Shown in pieces: positions 50,683 to 59,308 of a stretch of 64,000 nucleotides of DNA (positions are counted from its first letter, which is position 1; the number at the start of each line of letters is the position of its first letter). Source of the stretch: Fimbriimonadales bacterium. Lineage in GTDB: Bacteria; Armatimonadota; Fimbriimonadia; Fimbriimonadales; GBS-DC. The notes below the pieces were generated by a model. The model saw only the letters and a list, made by a program, of their open reading frames with translations. It did not search any database and had not been told where the DNA came from. The position numbers were made by a program, and so were the translations under genes. The stretch covers positions 7,928 through 71,927 of the forward strand of contig BPGO01000006.1 of the NCBI GenBank assembly GCA_026003075.1. Direction: 5' to 3'.

Positions 50683-51756
50683 ATGACGCCTTTTCTGGAG
50701 CGAGTTGTCCAGTTTCTGCGCGAGAACCCTGAAGGCGTGCAGGTGGTGCGCCGTGTCAGCACCGAAGACACGATTGAACCACCTGAAGAGGAAGGGGGCT
50801 TCAGTCGCGCGCAGTTGGTGCCCGAACCCGATCGCAAGGAGTTCGGGGTGTTTCCCGTGCCCTCCAGCGACGAACCGACACAGTTCACGCACTTTATCGA
50901 TGGCATTCAACACTCCCACCTCCTCTACTATCAGCAGACCGACAAAGGGCTATTACCAGTGGTTTATGGGTATGTGGCGGCGATGATCTTGGAGCGTCGC
51001 GAGCGTGCGTTGCATCCTGTGGAGGCACTCACCGCGGCGGAAGAGGCACTCTACCTCCCGCTGAAGGCTTTTGATGCACGCAAATTCAAACGCGCGGGGA
51101 TTACGGTTTACGACTCACTGGAGGAGCGCGAACTGGACAAGACCTCCTTTGCGACGATGCTGGTGCGTGCCGGGGCGACGGTCGCTCGTGTGCGCGACCA
51201 GTTAGAACGCAAGCTCGCTTTGCAGTGGATCGAGCAACAGCCGCCCAACTCTACAGACTGGTTGCTGGTGGACGGCTCGATTGCCGACCTGATGAGTGCG
51301 CTTGAGCGGCGCAAACTGGTGCAGGTGGTGGGCGTGTCCAAATCACATCGCACGAGCTACTTAGAAATTAACTGGATGCTGCAAGTGCTGAATATGCCTG
51401 CGGGCTATCGCAGTAGTGTGTTTCGCCCCATGCGTGCGGGTCAGAGCGAGGTGTATAGCTGGTACCTGCGGTTGCGCTGGCAGGCGGGGGCATCGCCCAC
51501 TTACGGTTTGGTGCGCGTTGAGACGCCAGTACTCACCAGCCCGGACGACACACGGGAGTGGGCGGATAAAATCTCTGCGTGGCTGCTCCACGAGACACGC
51601 CCGCTGAGTTTGCCCGACCCACGCTATGATCGGCTGCTATACCCATTTCGCATGTGCGAGCAGCACCTGCGCAGTCGCGCCCCGAGTGAAGCCGTGATGC
51701 GCACCGCGATTGAGCGCGTTGGCGACACGAGCGCGCCCGCAATTGCCCCGAGTTAG
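50683..51756 (+). CDS. NurA-domain-like nuclease, with no HerA-type partner in the window
   Basis: 357 aa. FTHFIDGIQHS, WLLVDGSIADL, VVGVSKSHRTSY and YSWYLRLR follow the NurA motif pattern as I recall it. Confidence 0.5.
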   Translation: MTPFLERVVQFLRENPEGVQVVRRVSTEDTIEPPEEEGGFSRAQLVPEPDRKEFGVFPVPSSDEPTQFTHFIDGIQHSHLLYYQQTDKGLLPVVYGYVAAMILERRERALHPVEALTAAEEALYLPLKAFDARKFKRAGITVYDSLEERELDKTSFATMLVRAGATVARVRDQLERKLALQWIEQQPPNSTDWLLVDGSIADLMSALERRKLVQVVGVSKSHRTSYLEINWMLQVLNMPAGYRSSVFRPMRAGQSEVYSWYLRLRWQAGASPTYGLVRVETPVLTSPDDTREWADKISAWLLHETRPLSLPDPRYDRLLYPFRMCEQHLRSRAPSEAVMRTAIERVGDTSAPAIAPS

Positions 51757-52172
51757 GACGCCACCGGCGCATCGCGTTCTGCCAAGATGCGCCGAATATC
51801 CGCCACGAAATCCTCAATCAGCGTGCCCGGCGGATAGACGCCTTTGACGCCCATCGCCTTGAGCTGCTCCGCGTCGTCGTCGGGGATGGTGCCCCCCGCA
51901 ATCACGAGGATATCTTCAGCGTTACGTTGCTTGAGGGCTTCCATCACTTTGGGCACGAGCGTCATATGCGCCCCTGAGAGGATACTAATCGCCACGATGT
52001 CGGCGTCTTCTTGAATGGCGATTTGCGCCACTTCGTCGGGTGTGCGGCGCAGCCCGGTGTAAATCACCTCGAAGCCAGCGTCGCGCAGGGCACGCGCGAC
52101 CACCTTCGCGCCCCGATCGTGCCCGTCTAAGCCCACTTTGGCGACCACGATGCGCGGGATTTTCTCCATCAA
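51753..52172 (-). CDS. cobalamin (B12)-binding domain protein, methylmalonyl-CoA mutase small-subunit type
   Basis: VAKVGLDGHDRGAKVVARALRDAGFEVIY contains the DxHxxG motif, followed by ...ISILSGAH... Confidence 0.88.
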   Translation of the reverse strand: MMEKIPRIVVAKVGLDGHDRGAKVVARALRDAGFEVIYTGLRRTPDEVAQIAIQEDADIVAISILSGAHMTLVPKVMEALKQRNAEDILVIAGGTIPDDDAEQLKAMGVKGVYPPGTLIEDFVADIRRILAERDAPVAS

Positions 52173-52179
52173 CGCAATT

Positions 52180-53133
52180 CTACCCGCTTTTTAGCAACTC
52201 ATGCACTTGTCGCCAAATGGGGACAAAATAGCGTCGATGCATGGGGTCTTGGTAAATTTCGAGCACGTGCTGTAGCGCTTCCAACGCCGCGAGGCTGTCG
52301 CATCCCTCCAGCAAATTAAGAGTCTGCTCCACCCGCGCCTTCCACTCGGGATGCGACCCCAAAGTGCGTTGAACCTCATCGCGCAGGTCGGCAGAGCGGA
52401 GACCGTACACGGGGACTTTGCCGAAGAACTGTTTATCCAGCAGCGGTGCGCGTACCAGGTGTTCTTTGAGTTTGTTGGGCGTCAGCCCTTTCCTGCGCTT
52501 GGTGGGTTTGCCCGATTTTGACGGGCTTGATTCAGGGAGCAAGTTGCCCGCCATCAGCAGCCACACCTGTGCGAGCGCTTTCAGTTCCTGTTCGGTAAGC
52601 GCGGGGCTAATCTCGCTGTAGACTTCGACAAGGCGCAGCAACCCTGCGTACACAGGTTCCAACGCGGGCACGGACGGCTCGTACAGCTCCACTTCCACAT
52701 CAGGCAGTTGGGCAAACGCCTGCTCCACGAGCGATTTCACCTCTTCCCAGCGCAGCCCGCCCTGTCCACAGCCCAAGGGCGGAAGCGCAATTGACTTTAT
52801 TCCATACTCTTGCACGACTCGAAGCAAGTCTTCTAGGCCTGCTTGGATGTATTCCAGTTTTGACTTTTGGCGCCAGCTCTTTTTCGTGGGGAAGTTGATA
52901 ATGTATTGCGGGTGCAGTTTCCCCGTCCTGATTACCTGTACTTTACCTATCTGGATTTCGCCGTTTTTGCAGGCTTCTTGATAGCAATCGAGGCTTTCTG
53001 GAAAGCGCTTCTTGAACTCGTAAGCAAGCCCTTTGCCCATCACACCCTGCGTGTTAACGGTGTTGACCAGCGCCTCCGCGCTGGATTGGAACAGATCGCC
53101 CCGTTGAATCCGAACCACGCGCATACCCTCCAT
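52180..53133 (-). CDS. darG: DarG-like antitoxin (N-terminal macrodomain plus a C-terminal DarT-binding-type domain)
   Basis: Macrodomain GDLFQSSAEALVNTVNTQGVMGKGLAYEFKKRFPE...IALPPLGCGQGGL. The gene lies directly downstream of the darT-like gene. Confidence 0.8.
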   Translation of the reverse strand: MEGMRVVRIQRGDLFQSSAEALVNTVNTQGVMGKGLAYEFKKRFPESLDCYQEACKNGEIQIGKVQVIRTGKLHPQYIINFPTKKSWRQKSKLEYIQAGLEDLLRVVQEYGIKSIALPPLGCGQGGLRWEEVKSLVEQAFAQLPDVEVELYEPSVPALEPVYAGLLRLVEVYSEISPALTEQELKALAQVWLLMAGNLLPESSPSKSGKPTKRRKGLTPNKLKEHLVRAPLLDKQFFGKVPVYGLRSADLRDEVQRTLGSHPEWKARVEQTLNLLEGCDSLAALEALQHVLEIYQDPMHRRYFVPIWRQVHELLKSG

Positions 53134-53151
53134 AATTATAGGATACCTCGA

Positions 53152-53772
53152 TTAGTAGTACCATCCCCGCTGCACCACTACCGGCGGTCGGTGGTGAGCA
53201 TGATTCAGCACTTGCAGCACCGCATCGCGACGAGCCGAGTCGAACACGGCAATCTGTTCAATCAGATGCCATTCCAGTTGCTGGTACACCAGAAACTCCG
53301 CTTGGCGACGGCTTTTGCGGTCGGGGTATTCTGCACAATCATGCCAGTACTCAGAACGCATCACGTTCCAATCCACATAGTGATCCAGGTGGCTCAAGTT
53401 GTTCGAGAATCTGGCTACGGAACTTACAGCGTTGCGATCTGTAAACACGAACTGCTTGCCCGCGTTTGCGACAGTCTCCACCGAAGTTACCAGATAGATG
53501 ATGTCGGCTTGCGAGAGTCCATTGCGTACATAGCCCGTATGAATGGCGAAGAGCATGGGCGAGCGTGGCGCGAAATAGAACGGCACATAGTCCGCAATGG
53601 TTCCATGCGGCTCTATAGGCACCGGTTTACGCGTGCGTTTGTCCTTAAGACCAGAGTACGCAATATTTTGTCGTGCGTATTGTGCGGCGCGTGCATCACA
53701 ATACAAGCGCCCCTCCTTCACAATGTTTACCAAGTTCCCGATATGCGTGATATGGTAAATGTGGATACTCAT
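53152..53772 (-). CDS. darT: DarT-like ssDNA ADP-ribosyltransferase toxin (DUF4433)
   Basis: IYHITHIGNLVNIVKEGRLY, DYVPFYFAPRSPML, and RRQAEFLV (the catalytic-Glu block) match the DUF4433/DarT signature. Confidence 0.8.
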   Translation of the reverse strand: MSIHIYHITHIGNLVNIVKEGRLYCDARAAQYARQNIAYSGLKDKRTRKPVPIEPHGTIADYVPFYFAPRSPMLFAIHTGYVRNGLSQADIIYLVTSVETVANAGKQFVFTDRNAVSSVARFSNNLSHLDHYVDWNVMRSEYWHDCAEYPDRKSRRQAEFLVYQQLEWHLIEQIAVFDSARRDAVLQVLNHAHHRPPVVVQRGWYY

Positions 53773-53784
53773 CGTAATACTGTA

Positions 53785-54312
53785 CTACGCATTCTTGCTG
53801 TCAAAAGTTCCCACATAGGGCTGAAAACTGCACAGCCATTGCCCTTGACAGATTGCTGTGCCCCGAACGCCCTCCATGACAGTCTCGAAAACCTCGCGTG
53901 CGGTTTCGTACTCATTCTGCTTGCCGTTTGGCTCCATAAGGCGGACATAGTAGGTCAGTGGGTCGGGATAGTTGCGCCAGTAGTAAACCGTTTCGCCCGT
54001 TTGCTTGTCGATAGCGCTGCACGCCACCACATAGGCATTTTCAATCGTCCGTGGAGTCCCTTCAAAACGCCGATGATGACGCCAGAGCCCATACACGGCG
54101 ACGCCCCCGATGATGAGCATGCCCGCGAACAGCGTGATGTACCCCAGCACCGCGATTGCCAACAAGGACGAGTCGCCCCACCGTGCGAAGTTCGTAATGC
54201 CGCCAAGCGTGCAGGTCGCAGCGATTAAGCCGCCGATGACTATCAGCGCCAATCCCAGCATCACCAGTCCCGTCATCCCCTCATAACGCGACATAGTTTG
54301 AGAGTACCTCAA
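53785..54312 (-). CDS. membrane protein (about 3 transmembrane segments) with a DUF2500-like C-terminal domain, 12 nt upstream of darT
   Basis: Hydrophobic N-terminal half. The C-terminal YYVRLMEPNGKQNEYETAREVFETVMEGVRGTAICQGQWLCSFQP resembles the DUF2500 pattern (weak, from memory). Confidence 0.45.
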   Translation of the reverse strand: MRYSQTMSRYEGMTGLVMLGLALIVIGGLIAATCTLGGITNFARWGDSSLLAIAVLGYITLFAGMLIIGGVAVYGLWRHHRRFEGTPRTIENAYVVACSAIDKQTGETVYYWRNYPDPLTYYVRLMEPNGKQNEYETAREVFETVMEGVRGTAICQGQWLCSFQPYVGTFDSKNA

Positions 54313-54365
54313 AATCAGCCCAACTTGTTGAGATGCTCTCCAGCGGCGGCGCGCAGTGGTTCGCG

Positions 54366-54794
54366 TTAGGCTACGCCCGTCGCTTGCGCGATTGCGTCCA
54401 GAAAGGCTTCCAAATCGCTTAGGCTGCTGCGTGCGACTTCCAGCACGCGCCGATCATCCACATCCCAGTACCGATGCACAATCAAGTTGCGAAATCGTGC
54501 CATCCTGCGCAAGTTCTGTGCGAGCGTCGCGTCAAGGAGTTGCGCGTCTTGCAGCAGTTCGAAGCATTCAGGATAGCTCTCAGGCGGCTTATTGAGTAAG
54601 CGCACGGAGAGATGGTTGCACAAATCAGCGGCATCCTGCACCAGCTGGATGAGCCATAGTTTGACGGTCTCGATGTTGCGTTCATCGCTCCAAAACTGCT
54701 CATCCGGCAGGCTTACCAAGCCGCGCACACGGGCGATATTCCGCCTTATCGCCGCGCACTTCGTGCGTACCACGCTCGCATCCACACGCTTCAT
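54366..54794 (-). CDS. hepT: HepT-like HEPN toxin (DUF86)
   Basis: RFRNLIVHRY is the R-x4-H HEPN motif. 142 aa from MKRVDAS. ATGA overlap with the upstream mntA-like gene. Confidence 0.8.
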   Translation of the reverse strand: MKRVDASVVRTKCAAIRRNIARVRGLVSLPDEQFWSDERNIETVKLWLIQLVQDAADLCNHLSVRLLNKPPESYPECFELLQDAQLLDATLAQNLRRMARFRNLIVHRYWDVDDRRVLEVARSSLSDLEAFLDAIAQATGVA

Positions 54795-55237
54795 CCCAAC
54801 ATATCCCGCAGTGATTGGCGTATCATCGGCTCGAAATCCCAGTACATCCGGCGCACATGCTCCACAAAGGCGTAGCAGGCATCCTCGTCGCGCAATAGGA
54901 GCGGGTGCCCCCCCGTGGCACGGAACTGAAAACTCAGAGGCGCACCGTTCAACACGCGCACATCTACCGGCAATCGCACCGCACGCTCCAAGCGGTCGCC
55001 CAACTCCAGCATCAGCGTCAGCGGGTCGCGAGCCGCTTCCGAGTCGGGGTCTAAGTACACAGCCACATCGATATCGTGGAACGGAAGCCCCTCGTGGAAC
55101 GAGCCGTGCAACCACGCGCCCAACACGGTCGGCTCCTGCTGCAAGATTTCGGTCAGGCGCGACACGAGCGATTCGCGTTGCTTGGGCGTCAAGTGGTACC
55201 GTTTCTCGTCCACCGCCAAAGTATACCTTGCTACCAC
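54791..55237 (-). CDS. mntA: MntA-like minimal nucleotidyltransferase antitoxin
   Basis: LHGSFHEGLPFHDIDVAVYL is a GS...DxD NTase motif. 148 aa. Confidence 0.75.
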   Translation of the reverse strand: MVARYTLAVDEKRYHLTPKQRESLVSRLTEILQQEPTVLGAWLHGSFHEGLPFHDIDVAVYLDPDSEAARDPLTLMLELGDRLERAVRLPVDVRVLNGAPLSFQFRATGGHPLLLRDEDACYAFVEHVRRMYWDFEPMIRQSLRDMLG

Positions 55238-56223
55238 CGTACAGGGCGCGGCGCGTGAGGCAGCACAACCGCCTGCGCCGACGGCTCTATCGCAACCTGC
55301 AACACGGTTCCCGATTGGCGATAGTCATTCCGCACGAACCCCCACGCCAAAATCGCACCCCCTAACGACGGCGAGCGCACCGCACCGGTCAGCCAGCCCG
55401 CGTCGGAGCGTTCGGGGGCGCTCAGCGTCGCGCCCCGCGGCGGCAGCACCTCGCCCTCCACACGCAGCGGCGCCCAAGTTCGATTGGTGTGCCCGCGTGC
55501 GTGAAGGCGCATCAGTACTTCCTGCCCCACATAGCAGCCCTTCGTGTAGCTGATATAGCTCCGCACGAACGCCTCGCCCATCTCCGCGGCGAGCGTGCGC
55601 TCGGTGTAATCGATGCCTGCTTTCGGGATGCCCGCTTCGTAGCGCAGGGTCTCCGCCAGCATGTCGTCTATGGGCAGGCACGCGGTGGCAATCAGCGCGG
55701 TTTGGAACTCTTCCATCACCGTGTAGGGCGCCAGCACATCGTAGCCGCCGACGCCCGTGCGGTCGTTGGTGATGACGCGCAGCTCCGCTTTCTGCCAGAT
55801 TCGGGTGTGGTGGGCGAGCGGGGTGTCGGGCGGTGGTTCCAAGCCGATTTCCTCCAGCACCTCGCTCGCCGCGCTGCCCTGCACGCTGAGAAGCCCCAGC
55901 TCCTCCTGCAGAGGCATCAGCGTCACATCATCCAAGATAATCGCTGCGCTGAGCCGCGCTGTGATTTCGCCCCAAGTTTCGGGCGGCAACACCAGCAGGT
56001 AGCCTCCGTCCGCTTCCAGCACATAGCCCTCGGAGAGCAGATGCCCTGTGGGGGTACAAAACGCGGTGTAGACGCCCGTGCCTTCGGTAAGCAGGCGCAG
56101 GTCGTTGGTGGTTTGCGCCTGCAGGAAGCGTTGGCGATCCGCGCCAATCACTCGGATCAGCCCTGCGTCGGTGAGGTTCAGCCAGCCTGCGTGCTCGGCG
56201 ACTTGCTCGTAGGTGGCGTTCAT
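55231..56223 (-). CDS. ygfZ: folate-binding YgfZ / GcvT-like protein
   Basis: LIRVIGADRQRFLQAQTTNDL, and the C-terminal KGCYVGQE motif typical of YgfZ. Confidence 0.8.
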   Translation of the reverse strand: MNATYEQVAEHAGWLNLTDAGLIRVIGADRQRFLQAQTTNDLRLLTEGTGVYTAFCTPTGHLLSEGYVLEADGGYLLVLPPETWGEITARLSAAIILDDVTLMPLQEELGLLSVQGSAASEVLEEIGLEPPPDTPLAHHTRIWQKAELRVITNDRTGVGGYDVLAPYTVMEEFQTALIATACLPIDDMLAETLRYEAGIPKAGIDYTERTLAAEMGEAFVRSYISYTKGCYVGQEVLMRLHARGHTNRTWAPLRVEGEVLPPRGATLSAPERSDAGWLTGAVRSPSLGGAILAWGFVRNDYRQSGTVLQVAIEPSAQAVVLPHAPRPVRW

Positions 56224-56804
56224 GAGGTCTCACGCTCCACTTGGCGTTTGCGTCGCCAGCCAGGTTCGCCCCATTTCACATCGTCCACCCCTGCGCGATG
56301 GTTCGCCACCCGCGCCATCACAAACAGCAGGTCGCTCAGGCGGTTGAGGTACTTGATAATCGCGGCATTGACCGTGCTTATACGGCTCAGGTGGACGACT
56401 TGGCGTTCCGCACGGCGGCACACGGTACGCGCAAGGTGCAGATACGCCGAGGCGGGGGTTCCACCCGGCAGGATAAACTGGCGGAGTGGCTCGAGCTCTT
56501 CTTCCAAGCGGTCGATGGCTTCCTCCATCGCCGCGATGTGGCGTTCCTCGATGCTTTGGAACTGGGTGGCGCGTTCGGGCGGCGAGGCTAACTCCGCGCC
56601 AATATCAAAAAGCTCGTTCTGAAACTGTTCCAGCAAGGCATCGAGGTCGGGCGCATGCGTCAGATAGCAACGCGCGACGCCCAGCACGGCGTTCAGCTCA
56701 TCCACTGTCCCGTAGGCGTCTACGCGTGGGTCATCCTTGGGCACGCGCTGACCGCCGATGAGTCCCGTTTCGCCCGTGTCCCCCGTTCGCGTGTAGATGC
56801 GCAT
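56220..56804 (-). CDS. pduO: ATP:cob(I)alamin adenosyltransferase, PduO type
   Basis: MRIYTRTGDTGETGL...DAYGTVDELNAVLG..., about 194 aa. The longer ORF upstream of this Met is unsupported. Confidence 0.88.
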   Translation of the reverse strand: MRIYTRTGDTGETGLIGGQRVPKDDPRVDAYGTVDELNAVLGVARCYLTHAPDLDALLEQFQNELFDIGAELASPPERATQFQSIEERHIAAMEEAIDRLEEELEPLRQFILPGGTPASAYLHLARTVCRRAERQVVHLSRISTVNAAIIKYLNRLSDLLFVMARVANHRAGVDDVKWGEPGWRRKRQVERETS

Positions 56805-56941
56805 GGCGAAAGTGTACCCTAAGCCTTCTCTGCCCGTGGTGTCTGCATCCGCCGCGCTGCGGCGTAACGCGCGTATACCCTCAACGCGGCGCTGGCTCAC
56901 GCTCAAACGGGCGCAAGCCGTTCAGCGCGGAGCAGTCCTTC

Positions 56942-59308
56942 TCAACACCCCTGTCCGAAGTTGAACAGCACCAGCAGCAAATCGGCGTCGTCCACGATGC
57001 CGTCGTGGTTGAGGTCCTCATGACGCAACGGGATACCCCACGGAGACTCCGCCGTGCCCACCGTGCCGAAGGCGAACAGCACGCGCAGCATGTCCGCGTC
57101 GTCCACGCAGCCGTCGCCGTTCGTGTCGCCCTCGCGCCAAGTGTCCAGCCAAAAGCCGTATGTAAACACCCCTCTTACCTGCATAGCCGATCCAACGATA
57201 TACCGACCATCCCATGAGGTCGCGCGCGCTTCGAACAGCAGGGCATCATTGCCATCCAACACACCGCGCAGCAGATGAGCATAGGTATCGTTCAGGTCTT
57301 CCATCCCATCTTCGTCCGTGTAGCGCCACGCGGTACCCAGTGGGCTCACATAACTAAGCCCGTTGACATGCGAGCCGACAATCACTCTGCCGTCGCCCGA
57401 GACGCCGTGGGCACAGGCGGAAAGCCAGCCAGGATAGTTGTTCGGCAGCGTGCCCAGCGGGAAAAGCCGAAGTGGACCCTCCCATCGCACGGCAACACCC
57501 CCCGACATCCCTACAGCAATCCCGTATTCTCTGGCGACTGACCAGGCAGCGCTGGGAGACCCCAGAGAGGTGGCAATTTGCCATTGCACCACCGGCTCGG
57601 CGCCGTTGCCTGTGAAACCTGTGAGGGAGGAGGGAGATCCGGTGGCGGAAAAGACATCGGTCACCGTGAATCGCATGTTGTAAGGAGGACAAACTTGGGT
57701 TGTCAGCCCCAATAGGTTGTTTATGAGCTGCCACGCGAAAGCAAAATCAGGGGCATAGTACGCGCTAAACGGGCAGTTCGAATTAACACCTCGGAATTCG
57801 CCCTTCGCATCGCCGTATGCATGGAATGGGTTCTGTGCAAAAGGATCTGCCACAGCAGTGGCACATGTCATTCGGAGCAAAGCGGGGGTTGTCAGCCCGT
57901 GCTGCTGCGATGGTTCCAGCAAGAACTGGAACCCATCCTGCTCGGTCCAGTAAAACGCACGCGGACCGTTGGATGTGCCTGCAGCGCCGACGATATAGCG
58001 TCCACTGGCAGACACATCCAGCGCGATGCCCGGAGACGCAATCACCTGCAACCCACCCGACGGCGTCCAGCGAAGCGCATAATCGGAATCTGCGCTCACC
58101 TCTATTGTTGTAAGATTGTATTCATTATCGCCTATCAGGCTCCCCATTACGCCCACCACCACCTGTCCGTCCCACGAGACGCTTTTGAAACGGGTAGTAG
58201 AGGCACGACGATCTTGGACAAACCGGATGGTTCCGGGGCGCGGCGGCTCAGTCTCCAGAATGTAGGCTTCAGTGCGCTGAGTGGCGGCGTTGTAGCCCTG
58301 CCCGACGATATAGCGACCGTTCGGCGAGACGCTCTGCGCTACCTCCAAATACGAACCCTGCCCAATCAGCGACGCATACGCCTGCGTCAAGTCCTGCACG
58401 CCCGCCGCCGTCCAGCGCACCGCGCGCCACTGACCCTGCGCATTCCGCGCCAGCCCCACCATCACCGTGCCGTCCGCCGAGATGTCGCGTACTCCGCTCT
58501 CCGCGCCTCCAATGCCCGGCAACTCCTGCAATCCGGTCGCCTGCGTCCAGCGGAACGCCCGCCACTGACCCTGTGCGTTATGCGCTGCGCCGACCACCAC
58601 GCTGCCGTCGGCAGACACCGCCCACGCATCGCCGATGCTGCCCCCGAAGGTGCCCAAATCTTGCATCCCGCCCGCTTGTGTCCAGCGGAAGGGGCGCATG
58701 CGCCCCTGCGCATCATCGGCATAGCCGACGATGGCGCCGCCATCGGCGGAGACGCCATACGCGCCACTGTGGAAGCCGCCGAGCGTGCCCAAGTCTTGCA
58801 TCCCATCGGCTTCGCTCCAGCGGAAGGCACGCAGCCGACCCTGCGCATCAACGCTACGCCCCACCACCGTCTTACCGTCGGCGCTTACATCGCGCGCCTC
58901 GCTCCAGTAAGAGGGGTCGTCGGTGTCGCCCGCCAACACGCCGAGGTTCTGAAAGCCGCCATAAGGGGGGTGCCGATAGGCGCGCACCGCGCCGTTGGAC
59001 AGAGTGCTGAAACCGACGAAGTAGCGTGCGTTCTGGGCGACGCCCCACGCTTCACTGTGGTTGCCGCCGAGAGTGCCCTGCAGTTCGGCGCCGAGCCGTC
59101 GGTGGGCGCGCACGGCGCGGACGCCCCCCGTGTCGTTGCTGCCCTTGCCCGCGACGATGCCCGCGTTGGACACGGCACGCACCTCAATCGGACCGAGCCA
59201 GTGGAACCGCTGGGCGGCGCCGAAGGGCAGCAGCAGGCACAGTCCCATCACGCTGAGCATAGGGCGACGCCCGCATAGAGTGAACACCGAACACCGTAAA
59301 GGTCTCAT
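56942..59308 (-). CDS. HAF-family extracellular repeat protein with a C-terminal dockerin-like tail
   Basis: Repeated ...LGTLGG..S.A.GVSADG..VVG.A....G..RAFRW... units (HAF repeat). Signal peptide. C-terminus GDTNGDGCVDDADMLRVLFAFG...DLNHDGIVDDADLLLVLFNFGQGC. AAGGAGG RBS. 4-nt overlap with the upstream gene. Confidence 0.8.
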   Translation of the reverse strand: MRPLRCSVFTLCGRRPMLSVMGLCLLLPFGAAQRFHWLGPIEVRAVSNAGIVAGKGSNDTGGVRAVRAHRRLGAELQGTLGGNHSEAWGVAQNARYFVGFSTLSNGAVRAYRHPPYGGFQNLGVLAGDTDDPSYWSEARDVSADGKTVVGRSVDAQGRLRAFRWSEADGMQDLGTLGGFHSGAYGVSADGGAIVGYADDAQGRMRPFRWTQAGGMQDLGTFGGSIGDAWAVSADGSVVVGAAHNAQGQWRAFRWTQATGLQELPGIGGAESGVRDISADGTVMVGLARNAQGQWRAVRWTAAGVQDLTQAYASLIGQGSYLEVAQSVSPNGRYIVGQGYNAATQRTEAYILETEPPRPGTIRFVQDRRASTTRFKSVSWDGQVVVGVMGSLIGDNEYNLTTIEVSADSDYALRWTPSGGLQVIASPGIALDVSASGRYIVGAAGTSNGPRAFYWTEQDGFQFLLEPSQQHGLTTPALLRMTCATAVADPFAQNPFHAYGDAKGEFRGVNSNCPFSAYYAPDFAFAWQLINNLLGLTTQVCPPYNMRFTVTDVFSATGSPSSLTGFTGNGAEPVVQWQIATSLGSPSAAWSVAREYGIAVGMSGGVAVRWEGPLRLFPLGTLPNNYPGWLSACAHGVSGDGRVIVGSHVNGLSYVSPLGTAWRYTDEDGMEDLNDTYAHLLRGVLDGNDALLFEARATSWDGRYIVGSAMQVRGVFTYGFWLDTWREGDTNGDGCVDDADMLRVLFAFGTVGTAESPWGIPLRHEDLNHDGIVDDADLLLVLFNFGQGC

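Noticed and set aside
52867-54228. A 453-aa plus-strand ORF spanning darG, darT and the membrane gene.
   Set aside because: It crosses three well-supported minus-strand genes and their intergenic gaps. It has no recognisable motif and no RBS.
57821-59278. A 485-aa plus-strand ORF.
   Set aside because: It is antisense to the HAF-repeat gene. Its Arg/Ala/His-rich shadow-frame composition contrasts with the clear repeat structure and signal peptide on the sense strand.
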